This document shows positions 30,219 through 39,300 of a stretch of DNA of 64,000 nt, piece after piece. Source of the stretch: a virus; IMG/VR virus record IMGVR_UViG_3300045988_139610, one strand, 5' to 3'. A program made the translations under genes and the position numbers. The notes under the pieces are model-generated. The model was not told where the DNA came from. It did no database searches and saw only the letters and a program-made list of their open reading frames with translations. Each line of letters opens with the position of its first letter. Position 1 is the stretch's first letter.

Positions 30219-31307
30219 ATGAAAACACAAAATGGATTCACATTATTAGAAACTGAAAAAGAATTCAAAGAATGGTTAGATAAACAACATCCAACTAGAA
30301 AAATAACTAGATTACAAGTCCACCATATGGCATTGCCCGATTATTCAACTTGGAATAATACGGATAAAAGAGTATATGGAGATAATAGAGAATTAGGTAG
30401 AACTTTAGCTTTAGATGCATATGGAAAACAAACTTGGCATAGTTCTGACGGTTATGGACATTATATAGCACAACATTTTTCTATATTTCCTAATGGAAAA
30501 ATAACAACTGGTAGAAACTTAAATAGTACACCTATAGGTATAGCAGGTTGGAATAGTAATGCGATATGCGTGGAAATATATGGTAACTTTGATAAAGGAC
30601 AAGATATAATGACAAAAGAACAAAGAAAAGCTGTTATATTTGTTTTTGCATTATTAGCAGAAAAATTTAGTATACCTAAAACTTCTACATATATAAGACC
30701 ACACGCATGGTTTACAAGTGGGGGTACTTGTTTATGGAATTATTATCCTGGTAAATCAAGAAAGACTTGTCCAGGTACTAACTTTATGGGATTCGGAAAT
30801 ACTAAAAAAGCATTTGAAAACAATTTTTATCCATTATTAAAAGCATATAAATATGGTTCTTCATCTACAACAACTGCTCCTATAGTAGATACAACCGAAG
30901 ATAATGAATATAAAGTAGGCATATACGAAGTAACAGCAGATGTATTAAACGTAAGAAATGGAGCAAATGCTAGTTATACTAAAGTAGGTTCTCTTAATAA
31001 AGGTGAACAAGTAGTAATATCTAAAATAGAAAACAATTGGGGCTATGTAAAAGATAAGAATGGTTGGATATCTTTAGCATATACTAAATTTGTAAAAGCA
31101 GAAACGGAAGCATTTAAACAATATATAATAAGAACTACAGCAGATGTATTAAATGGAAGAAAAGAACCCACCACTAATTCTGAAATAGTATGTAAGCTTA
31201 ATAAAGGAACTGCTGTAACTATAGTTGCAAAAGAAGGTAAATGGTTAAAAACTAAAGTTGGATATTATATTTATGAAGATTACGTTGAGTTTGTAAAATA
31301 TATATAA
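30219..31307 (+). CDS. Endolysin: N-acetylmuramoyl-L-alanine amidase (Amidase_2/PGRP) with 2x SH3_3
   Basis: RLQVHHMALPDYS...RPHAWF...KTCPG is amidase_2-like. Two repeats of ADVLN(V/G)R...G..V.I....W resemble SH3_3. Confidence 0.8.
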   Translation: MKTQNGFTLLETEKEFKEWLDKQHPTRKITRLQVHHMALPDYSTWNNTDKRVYGDNRELGRTLALDAYGKQTWHSSDGYGHYIAQHFSIFPNGKITTGRNLNSTPIGIAGWNSNAICVEIYGNFDKGQDIMTKEQRKAVIFVFALLAEKFSIPKTSTYIRPHAWFTSGGTCLWNYYPGKSRKTCPGTNFMGFGNTKKAFENNFYPLLKAYKYGSSSTTTAPIVDTTEDNEYKVGIYEVTADVLNVRNGANASYTKVGSLNKGEQVVISKIENNWGYVKDKNGWISLAYTKFVKAETEAFKQYIIRTTADVLNGRKEPTTNSEIVCKLNKGTAVTIVAKEGKWLKTKVGYYIYEDYVEFVKYI

Positions 31308-31319
31308 AATTTCCTAGTA

Positions 31320-31395
31320 TTACAAAATTTTTGACCTCATAGAATCAATTCTAAGGCGTTTGAAATTCTTCATTGATAGTTTATACCTGTAAAAA
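31320..31395 (-). repeat. ~75-nt repeat, copy A (contains a 17-codon mini-ORF, 31320-31373)
   Basis: Aligns with 55970-56045: the flanks are conserved and the central 11 nt diverge. Mini-ORF translation MKNFKRLRIDSMRSKIL. Confidence 0.7.
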
Positions 31396-31409
31396 TAAGC
31401 ATTAATAAA

Positions 31410-31456
31410 GGGATAGGTGTTTGAAATTAACATCTATCCCAACTTTTTTATTTTTT
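31410..31456. terminator. Bidirectional terminator between the convergent late and early arms
   Basis: GGGATAGGTG-tttgaaattaa-CATCTATCCC, followed by AACTTTTTTATTTTTT on the plus strand and TTTATTAATG on the minus strand. Confidence 0.7.
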
Positions 31457-31472
31457 GGACTATTTCTTTCTT

Positions 31473-31832
31473 TTATGTCCTTTTTTCATTTCTTTTTCTC
31501 TTGCTCTTTTTCATTTCTTTTTCTCTTGCTCTTTTTCTTTCTTCTTTTATTCTTTCTTCGTGTTCAGCTTTTAACTCTTCTCTCATATCTTTTAATACTG
31601 GAAATAAAATTTTATCAAATCTTGACTTTAATTTCATATCGTCTTTGACATCTTCGTATTGTATCCCCATATACCTTTCAATATAATTAACAAGAAAACT
31701 GTCATACTTATATTCACATTGTAATCTCAAGTATTTATCCGTAGATTCCCATAATATTGTATTTTTAAGTCCTCTTCCTAGTTCTTCTACATAAGTATCA
31801 AACTGTTGTAATTCTTTTTTATTCATTTTCAT
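31473..31832 (-). CDS. Hypothetical protein with a basic K/R/E tail
   Basis: 119-aa ORF with RBS AGGGAGGA. The 3' end carries a 25-nt tandem duplication. Confidence 0.5.
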   Translation of the reverse strand: MKMNKKELQQFDTYVEELGRGLKNTILWESTDKYLRLQCEYKYDSFLVNYIERYMGIQYEDVKDDMKLKSRFDKILFPVLKDMREELKAEHEERIKEERKRAREKEMKKSKRKRNEKRT

Positions 31833-31844
31833 AATATATCCTCC

Positions 31845-32000
31845 CTAAAATAATAAATCAAACGAATTAAACATAACTAATATAACTGATAACATTATAA
31901 CACTAATCATTATATGTCTATATGGTTTTACTAATGTGAAAGATTGTTTTAATGCATATGACAAAATTATTAACAATATAAAGTTAATTAAAATTTTCAT
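31845..32000 (-). CDS. Small membrane protein (51 aa)
   Basis: Not in the track. MKILINFILLIILSYALKQSFTLVKPYRHIMISVIMLSVILVMFNSFDLLF. Its ATG overlaps the upstream stop (TAATG). Confidence 0.45.
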   Translation of the reverse strand: MKILINFILLIILSYALKQSFTLVKPYRHIMISVIMLSVILVMFNSFDLLF

Positions 32001-32164
32001 TATCTATTTCCTTCCTTTTTAGATAAATAATAACAACCTGCTACTGTATATGCCATTACAACTCCACTAACTGGTAAACTTAATCCTGCTATTGCTAACA
32101 TAGCTCCAACTCCACCTATTGTTAATACATTTGCACTCGCAATACTTATTTTATTTTTATTCAT
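32000..32164 (-). CDS. Small hydrophobic protein (54 aa)
   Basis: Not in the track. RBS AGGAGGGA. MNKNKISIASANVLTIGGVGAMLAIAGLSLPVSGVVMAYTVAGCYYLSKKEGNR. Confidence 0.45.
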   Translation of the reverse strand: MNKNKISIASANVLTIGGVGAMLAIAGLSLPVSGVVMAYTVAGCYYLSKKEGNR

Positions 32165-32178
32165 ACTCTTTATCCCTC

Positions 32179-32409
32179 CTAATCTATTAATTCTAATTCA
32201 CTCTCTTTCCAACAAACATCATTATTTGTATCTAAACAATAATAATTTTCTGAAATGAATTTACTTGGTAAAAATTTATCAACTATTATTCCTATCTTTA
32301 CATTGTAACATTCCATGATTTCATTTTCCAAATCTTTGTTATCTTTTAATATTTTATTTAATTCTTCCTCTGTTATTATTAATTTAACTAAATCTCCTAT
32401 ACTAAACAT
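32179..32409 (-). CDS. Hypothetical protein (stand-alone GD-x-V-K/R-I module)
   Basis: Likely starts at MFSIGDLVKL, behind AAGGAGG. Shares a pattern with the N-termini of ORFs 32875 and 34155. Confidence 0.45.
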   Translation of the reverse strand: MFSIGDLVKLIITEEELNKILKDNKDLENEIMECYNVKIGIIVDKFLPSKFISENYYCLDTNNDVCWKESELELID

Positions 32410-32410
32410 A

Positions 32411-32614
32411 TTATTTAGCCTCCTTTTTATAAAATTTATTCCAATCATCTATAATTGTTTTACCTATTGTAAAACTTACTGTTAAAAATAAAATAATGCT
32501 TAATAAAATCCAACCATATTCATTATATAAAGCAAATAAAATAAGTCCTACAGTAAATCCTAATGGAATAGCACCGACCAATATAGGTTTTAAAACATCT
32601 ATTATGTTTCTCAT
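32411..32614 (-). CDS. Small two-TM membrane protein
   Basis: 67 aa with two hydrophobic segments; RBS GGAGGAGGA. Confidence 0.5.
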   Translation of the reverse strand: MRNIIDVLKPILVGAIPLGFTVGLILFALYNEYGWILLSIILFLTVSFTIGKTIIDDWNKFYKKEAK

Positions 32615-32615
32615 A

Positions 32616-32792
32616 TTAATCCTCCTCCTTTAAAAATAATTTTATACCTTCATAACAATTACTTTCTTTATGTGAAATACTTAGACACTTATTATCTGAT
32701 TGGTATTTACATATATTACATAATTTATATTCACCTAATACTTTTGCTAATTGTTCTAATGTTAATGTATGTAATATTTCATATCTATTCAT
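32616..32792 (-). CDS. Small Cys-rich protein (58 aa), first gene after promoter copy 1
   Basis: Not in the track. MNRYEILHTLTLEQLAKVLGEYKLCNICKYQSDNKCLSISHKESNCYEGIKLFLKEED. Confidence 0.4.
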   Translation of the reverse strand: MNRYEILHTLTLEQLAKVLGEYKLCNICKYQSDNKCLSISHKESNCYEGIKLFLKEED

Positions 32793-32807
32793 TTTATCAC
32801 GTCCTTT

Positions 32808-32849
32808 CTATACTTATATATTAACGGATAGTATAAAGAAATTACCTAT
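32808..32849 (-). promoter_or_regulatory. 45-bp promoter-like element, copy 1 (divergent)
   Basis: Minus strand: GATAGGTAATTTCTTTATACTATCCGTTAATATATAAGTATAGAAAGG. Confidence 0.45.
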
Positions 32850-32874
32850 CCGTCATAAAATTTATTAATTATTT

Positions 32875-33612
32875 TTATTTAGTACCCGACGAACCAATCC
32901 CACTCTTTCTAATTATATTACAATTATCTTCATCTGCTAATAAATATTTCTTGAATATCCCTTGCAAAATTCTTTCTCCTGCTTTTAATTCTACTGTTTT
33001 ATCTGTTAAATTTTTAAATTTAAGCCCTATATTCCCATCATTATCTGGATTACCATAATAATCACTATCTATAATTCCACATGTATTTACTAACATTAAT
33101 CCTTTTTTAAATCCAATGATACTTCTAGGTACTATTTCCAAATATTCATTATATAACATATATGCTTTGATATCTGTTTGTATTGCTTCGGATATACCAT
33201 GAGGTGGTATTTTAATATCTATTGGAGTTGATATATCATATCCTGCTGATTCACTAGTGGCACGTGTAGGTATTCTTATATCTACATTTGGATGTTTTCT
33301 AAATTCATCAGACACAATTTCAAATCCCCTTACCTTTTGTGAGACACTTTCCTCTATTTTTAATGTATTTGTTGTATAATCTACACCTAATATTTTAATT
33401 TCTGATTCATTTACTAATTCTAACGCATCTCCATACCAAAAATAATCAACATCGTTTAACACATAACATTTACCAAAGATAGCATTATAACGTATATCTA
33501 TTATTTCAAATTCCTTCCCTCTATATTTTAACATCTCTGGAATTATATCATGAAAATTATATTCATTTAAATCCTCTCTTATTCTTACTTTATCACCTAT
33601 ATTAAAATTCAT
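32875..33612 (-). CDS. dut: dUTPase with an extra ~85-aa N-terminal module
   Basis: dUTPase motifs SAGYDI, VPRS, GIIDSDYYG, GERILQ and RKSGIGSSG. The N-terminus is MNFNIGDKVRIREDL... Confidence 0.85.
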   Translation of the reverse strand: MNFNIGDKVRIREDLNEYNFHDIIPEMLKYRGKEFEIIDIRYNAIFGKCYVLNDVDYFWYGDALELVNESEIKILGVDYTTNTLKIEESVSQKVRGFEIVSDEFRKHPNVDIRIPTRATSESAGYDISTPIDIKIPPHGISEAIQTDIKAYMLYNEYLEIVPRSIIGFKKGLMLVNTCGIIDSDYYGNPDNDGNIGLKFKNLTDKTVELKAGERILQGIFKKYLLADEDNCNIIRKSGIGSSGTK

Positions 33613-33629
33613 ATTACATCTCTCCTTTA

Positions 33630-34127
33630 TTAATAATTTATATATTTTAACACATCTAAATCATTCATTAATATACCTATATTTTTGAACTCTTTATACG
33701 GTATACTTTTACGCTTGTTATTTTCTTTAAACTTTTTGATTGCTAGCCCACTCACCAAATACACTTCTTTAAATTCTCTAAATTCTATTATAAAGAATAC
33801 ATTATTTGCATAGTTTTGAATCTCATCAATTAAATCGTATTGATAGTCTTTTATATTTGAAAGAGGAAATGAAGTTTTATTAGCTGTTGTTTTAGCCTCA
33901 AATACTATGCTTTTTCCATTAGGTAATATACCTATGTAATCTAGACAAGGTGATTGTTTCTTAGGAAAAGCCGATATAATTTTAGCTCCTTTTCTTAATA
34001 CAGTAAATTCAGTTGGAATCTTAAATATATAAGCCTTTCCTTCTTTTCTATATTTTTCAAATTGTTTTGTTAATCTATTTTCAAATTTAGCACCTATTTT
34101 ATTACTTTTATTTGGTATAAGAATCAC
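33630..34127 (-). CDS. recU: Holliday-junction resolvase RecU
   Basis: LDYIGILPNGKSIVFEAKTTANKTSFPLSNIKDYQ closely parallels the Bacillus RecU core [33 protein letters not shown]. Confidence 0.85.
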   Translation of the reverse strand: MILIPNKSNKIGAKFENRLTKQFEKYRKEGKAYIFKIPTEFTVLRKGAKIISAFPKKQSPCLDYIGILPNGKSIVFEAKTTANKTSFPLSNIKDYQYDLIDEIQNYANNVFFIIEFREFKEVYLVSGLAIKKFKENNKRKSIPYKEFKNIGILMNDLDVLKYINY

Positions 34128-34154
34128 TTCCTTTCTTTTTAGATTATTAAAAAC

Positions 34155-34664
34155 TTATTTATTTTTGTCTTGCAATTTTTTAAGTCTTTCTATCTCTCTA
34201 TTTAAATACCAAAATCCTTTTTGAAGGTCTTCGAGTTCTTTATTTGGGTCTTTTTTTCCTGCTCGGGACACATATTTTATTACGTTTCCTCTAGCAAAAT
34301 TTAATTGTTTATCTTCTATAAAATCCATAACTTCTATGTTGCCATCTGTATAATGTGATGGATGATTAACAACATCATCTTCAATTTCTTTAGATATTTC
34401 AGAATCTTTCAAATCTGATTCATTTACTTTGTTCTCTTCTATTTTCGTATTCATATTATCATTCTCTTTTATTAATTCTAATACATTTTCTGACCAATCC
34501 CAGACTTGTTCATCTATATCTAACTTTATTATACCTTTACCAAAAGTACTTGTTACAATTGCCTCTTTATCTACAAACCCTTCCATATAACAATTACATC
34601 CAAATTCGCATTTACTCAAATCTCCTTTTATTCTAACTTTATCACCAACATTAAATTTGTTCAT
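34155..34664 (-). CDS. DUF3310 (SaV-like) domain protein with N-terminal GDKVRI module
   Basis: The C-terminal HPSHYTDGNIEVMDFIEDKQLNFARGNVIKYVSRAGKK...DLQKGFWYL fits the DUF3310 pattern. Confidence 0.7.
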   Translation of the reverse strand: MNKFNVGDKVRIKGDLSKCEFGCNCYMEGFVDKEAIVTSTFGKGIIKLDIDEQVWDWSENVLELIKENDNMNTKIEENKVNESDLKDSEISKEIEDDVVNHPSHYTDGNIEVMDFIEDKQLNFARGNVIKYVSRAGKKDPNKELEDLQKGFWYLNREIERLKKLQDKNK

Positions 34665-34680
34665 TAAATATCATCTCCTT

Positions 34681-34711
34681 AAAATTTGTTATTTTTATTA
34701 ATATTTTATTT
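34681..34711 (-). repeat. 31-nt AT-rich intergenic repeat, copy 1
   Basis: Plus strand AAAATTTGTTATTTTTATTAATATTTTATTT. Near-identical copies at 35236 and 48331. Confidence 0.7.
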
Positions 34712-34734
34712 AGAGTATATTTTATCACCTCCTT

Positions 34735-34778
34735 CCTTATATTACTGTATTAGCGTTAGTTATTTAAAAATTACCTAT
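34735..34778 (-). promoter_or_regulatory. 45-bp promoter-like element, copy 2
   Basis: Minus strand: AATAGGTAATTTTTAAATAACTAACGCTAATACAGTAATATAAGG. Confidence 0.55.
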
Positions 34779-34796
34779 TCACCACAAATTTATTAA

Positions 34797-34970
34797 TTAT
34801 TTTCCGTATTCATCATTAATAAATTTAAAAATTGATATTATATCACATAAACATTCAGCCCCAGAACAGCTACGCATATTACATGTTTCGTCAAAGATAC
34901 AATCTTTACATTTTACAGTCCTTAATGCTTCATACAAACTATCTAAAGCTAAATTGAAATCGTCTCCCAT
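34797..34970 (-). CDS. Small Cys-rich protein (57 aa)
   Basis: Not in the track. RBS GGAGGT. MGDDFNLALDSLYEALRTVKCKDCIFDETCNMRSCSGAECLCDIISIFKFINDEYGK. Confidence 0.4.
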   Translation of the reverse strand: MGDDFNLALDSLYEALRTVKCKDCIFDETCNMRSCSGAECLCDIISIFKFINDEYGK

Positions 34971-34984
34971 AACATACCTCCTAT

Positions 34985-35218
34985 TTATTCTTCGTTTAAA
35001 TCTTTCATTATAAATAAACTGTTATTATCATTATCTGAAATTATTACATATCTACCTTCATTATTTATATTTATATTAGATGATAATTTGATATATTTTC
35101 CTGTTTGTAATGCATTAATATATAATTCACCTGTCATACTATCAAAATCCAAACTAACTCTCTCTCCTATCACTTCTTGTAAGTGATTTATTTTTGAATC
35201 TATGAATAACATTACCAT
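34985..35218 (-). CDS. Hypothetical protein
   Basis: 77-aa ORF with RBS AAGGAGATGA. Confidence 0.45.
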   Translation of the reverse strand: MVMLFIDSKINHLQEVIGERVSLDFDSMTGELYINALQTGKYIKLSSNININNEGRYVIISDNDNNSLFIMKDLNEE

Positions 35219-35235
35219 AACAACATCATCTCCTT

Positions 35236-35266
35236 AAAATTTATTATTTTTATTAATATTTTATTT
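35236..35266 (-). repeat. 31-nt AT-rich intergenic repeat, copy 2
   Basis: Plus strand AAAATTTATTATTTTTATTAATATTTTATTT. Confidence 0.7.
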
Positions 35267-35599
35267 TTTTGTAAATTCGTATAATATTTGTATAACTTCT
35301 TCGTTATTCCTTTTTATAATTAAAGGTAAGCAAGCATAATTGTTATATATTACAACTTTATCTATTCTAAAATCATTTATTTGTGAATTTAACACAATAC
35401 GTTCTAACTCTTTTAACACTTCATAATATGTTTCTGTCTTGTCCCCATGTTCATTTATAAGCATACCAATTGGTGTAACTCTCATTTCTTTTGTGAATAA
35501 AGAATTTCCATCATAAACGGCTTCTATTTTAGTTGTCAAGTCATATTCCTCTAAATTTATATTTGTTTTCATATAAAATAATTCATAAAATTCATTCAA
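35261..35599 (-). CDS. Hypothetical protein
   Basis: 112-aa ORF with a TTG start directly after promoter copy 3 and GGAGGTGA. Confidence 0.45.
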   Translation of the reverse strand: MNEFYELFYMKTNINLEEYDLTTKIEAVYDGNSLFTKEMRVTPIGMLINEHGDKTETYYEVLKELERIVLNSQINDFRIDKVVIYNNYACLPLIIKRNNEEVIQILYEFTKK

Positions 35600-35615
35600 C
35601 TTTTATCACCTCCTT

Positions 35616-35660
35616 CCTTATATTATTGTATTAACATGACTTACTTAAAAATTACCTATG
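35616..35660 (-). promoter_or_regulatory. 45-bp promoter-like element, copy 3
   Basis: Minus strand: CATAGGTAATTTTTAAGTAAGTCATGTTAATACAATAATATAAGG. Confidence 0.6.
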
Positions 35661-35674
35661 TTTATTAATTATTT

Positions 35675-36172
35675 TTAATTTATATATTCAAATTCATAAT
35701 CGTAATTATTTTTCTTTTGTCCTTTCAGTATTGAAGTTATAGTTTTTCTATTTAATTGTAACTGTTCTGCACATGAACGTATAGATTTAAAAATATATGT
35801 TTCTCCTGTTATTTTATGTGTTACCTTAACCTCGCATCTATATGTACTTTTATAAAGATTATTATCGTATGCATGTTGAGTATTCTTTTTATTTGAAGTC
35901 CATTCTAAATTCTCAACATTGTTGTTTAATTTATTCCCGTCAATATGATTGACCATATTATTATTTTCTGATTTACCTTTAACAAATGCTTCAGCAACCA
36001 AAATATGTACTCTTTTATAGCATCTCTTTTTATTTTTTCTTAATATGACTTGTTTATATCCTACATCATCTATTCATTGACATAATTCTTTATACTTAGA
36101 TTTAACTTTAGATATAACTCTTCCGTCATCTGTAATAAAATAATTTTTAAACCCCTCAATTTCTCTTTCCAT
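35675..36172 (-). pseudogene. HNH homing endonuclease (I-HmuI-like) with an in-frame TGA at codon 33
   Basis: ATG 36172 follows GGGGTGA. Reads MEREIEGFKNYFITDDGRVISKVKSKYKELCQ-TGA(36074-36076)-IDDVGYKQVILRK...VNHIDGNKLNNNVENLEWTSNKKN (HNH-N motif), all in one frame. Confidence 0.65.
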
Positions 36173-36305
36173 ACTATTCACCCCAAATTTATTAATTATT
36201 TTTAACCCTTAACCTATATAGCATATTATCCAAATAATTTAATCATCATTAATTTTGATAATTGTTTTTCTAATGTTTCTAATATACCATACATATTATC
36301 ACCTC

Positions 36306-39300
36306 CTAACATTTTGAGAATCCACATTTACATTGTAAACAAGACCCCACAGTTGATAATTCTTCACCACACTCTGGACATTTATGATATCTACTTGCAA
36401 ATGCAGTTTCTCCATATTCTTTTATATAATCTAAATCTTCTTTAGTTAATGCGTTTTCTTCGATTTCTTTTTGCTTATCATGATTGTAATAATTTAAATC
36501 TACTAATTCTTTTAATACTTCTTCTTGTAAATCATTTTCTACATCAAGCAAACAATATAATATTGATGCACCACAGCTATTTCCTTTTGAAACTTCTATA
36601 CCTTTGCCTTTGGCTCTAACATAACTAGGACAAGTTCCAGCACCCTTAAATGATTTTTCTAATGATTTTAAATTACCTCCTATTCTTAAATCATGACTCA
36701 TTGCTATAGCTAAATTTTGTATCCCTAAAGCACATCCACCTTTAGATGAATTGGTAACATAAAAATCAAATATTCTCTTTTCTGTAGGTATAATTCCTAT
36801 ATGTAAAGTCATAGAACCACAACCACTTTTTATTTTTCTACGAATTTCAATTATTGATTCTGGTCTTTTTTCCCATTCACCTCTTAATAATTGTTCCTTT
36901 TCTTTATTATCTTTTTCGTTATCTATTGTTAATATACCTTTTCTTATTTCATTAGGTCTAAATATAGTACAACCACTTATACCATTTTTCCAACATTTAG
37001 TGTAAACATCTTTAGTATCTTCAAATGAATATTCAGTAGGAATATTAATTGTTTTACTACAACTCATATCAACATGATAAGACACTGTGCTTAATATGTT
37101 AACGTGGTCATCAACTGATAATTCCATAGCTGTAACAAATTTATTTTTATCAACTATATTTTCTTCAGAATTAAATTCTAACCATTTTTCATAAACATAG
37201 TCTCTCATTTTAAAAATTTCTATATTTTCGTCGTCCTGCCCACCTATTTTTATTTGTCTGTCATATTCTAAACTAAATATAGGTTCTAATGAAGAAGAAC
37301 AGTTATTACCATATGAAAGAGAAAGAGTCCCAGCAGGAGCTACACTTATCAATCTCCCATTACGTATACCATAAAATAAAATTTTATCTTTTATTTTTTC
37401 CCATTCTGGATATTTTTCAATATGTTTTCTTATAAAATTACTTTCAACGAATTTATTTTTGTCTAAAAAATTAAATGAACCTTTTTCTTTGGCTAAATCA
37501 CAGCTTGTATCGTAAGCATTTAAAGATATAAAATTCATCAATTCATCTGTAAATTTTATCGATTCTTCACTCCCGTATCTCATATTTAACATTGCAAACG
37601 TATCGGCTAATCCTGTTATTCCTAAACCAATAGTTCTTATATTTTTTTGATAATTTTCAAATTGTTTTAAAGGATAATTGTTAATATCTATTATATTATC
37701 CAACATTCTAACTGCGACGTTTATAACCTTTTGTAATTTATCGTAATCCATTTTCGCATCTTTTGTAAATGGGGCAATTACAAAATTGTGTAAAAATAAA
37801 CTCCCTAAATTACAAGCACCCATATAATCTTTTTTAATTCCTTCATCGTCATATAATATTCCACTAATATATTCAGCACAGTTATGTGCAACATATCCTT
37901 CTATTATGCCCCAATGATTTTTAGGTTCTGTAAAATCATATACTAATTTTTTACCATTATCTTTAATACTTCTTACATAAGGTACTCTTGATTTTATTAA
38001 TTTATTAAGTTTTATTTTTTTATAAGTTTGATAAAACCCTATAAATTGTGCAAATATTAATATGTCATCATATTTATTTATATTTACATCATAACTTTCT
38101 CTACATTCATATTCTCCATTTTTAAATTCTACCATATGTTTTTTATTTATTGTTAAATTTGCTGTTATTCCAAAATCTTTTTCTAAGGTATTTATAAGTT
38201 CTGTGGCAAATTCTTTACAAGTTGTTTTATAACTTACCCTTTTATTTGAATTAACACACCCATTGGCTGAAAAACAACCTTGTAAAAAGTTTGCCTTTTG
38301 ATTTAAATCCCATTCATTATAAGCTTTAGGCATTGCTCTATTTGGTAAAATTTCTTGTGAGAATTGAAATTTTTTCAGTAAATCATTATATCCTTGTAAA
38401 TATATTTCTCTATATGATTTCACAGTATACTTGTCATTTTCAAATAGATATCTTACGTCACCATCTTTCTCACCTATATTAACTTCAATGCCTTCATGTG
38501 ATTCACTATTTAATCTACTTAACTGTCCATCACCTTGTATAAATCCTAATTTAATATATAAATCGTCATCTTTGATTGTTTTATATATTTTTGGCATAAT
38601 TTTTTTACTTTTTAAATCTTTAGCTTTACATTCTTCTCCGTCTATTGTCATAAATCTATGGTCTGGAGTACAAGTTATTTCTTTTCCATTTGAAAATTTT
38701 AATTTAATTGTATCTTTTTCTCCATTACACCATACTTTTCCTTTTGTTATCTCACCGTCATAACTATAAATTAAAGGTTCTGTATTACATAATTCTTCCA
38801 ATGTTTTATAACCATCTTGTGTTAATAGTTTCATATCTCCTGTAAAACATGGGTTGGTAGTTACTATATTTTCCATGTAATAAAGATTGTTATTTTTATT
38901 CATGTTGTCATAATATAAAACTCCGTATTCACCTGTGTTATAAGCTTTTGTTATAATCAAATCCCACAGTTCTTTAGCATTAACTTCTTTTTTTGTTTTC
39001 CATTTTGACTCTTCATTAATTATTTCACCGTAATCACTCATACAAGGGTATCTTAAATATATTTTTTGATTATTTTCTACAGCCTTCATAAAATTATCAT
39101 CTACTAAAACTGATAAATTAAAATGAGTCAATCGTCCTTCGTCCCATGATTTTGATTCTAAAAAATCATATATATCTGGATGATAAATGCATAAACAACC
39201 CATATTAGCTCCTCTACGACTTCCTTGTAGGACGGTATGAGTTTGACTATCAAATGCATTCATAAAACTAACTACACCACTCGCTACAGCGTCATTTGAA

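Noticed and set aside
31417-31686. Plus-strand ORFs 31417-31686 and 31421-31648, which encode F/L/S-rich low-complexity peptides.
   Set aside because: They are the mirror image of the K/E/R-rich 3' end of minus-strand ORF 31473-31832 and of its 25-nt tandem duplication. They start inside the bidirectional terminator and have no RBS.
36074-36076. The idea that TGA is reassigned to Trp (genetic code 4) in this AT-rich element.
   Set aside because: All long ORFs are intact under the standard code and Trp is encoded by TGG throughout. The primase gene (53266) terminates naturally at a TGA that overlaps the next RBS. The single in-frame TGA is better explained as a nonsense mutation or local read-through.
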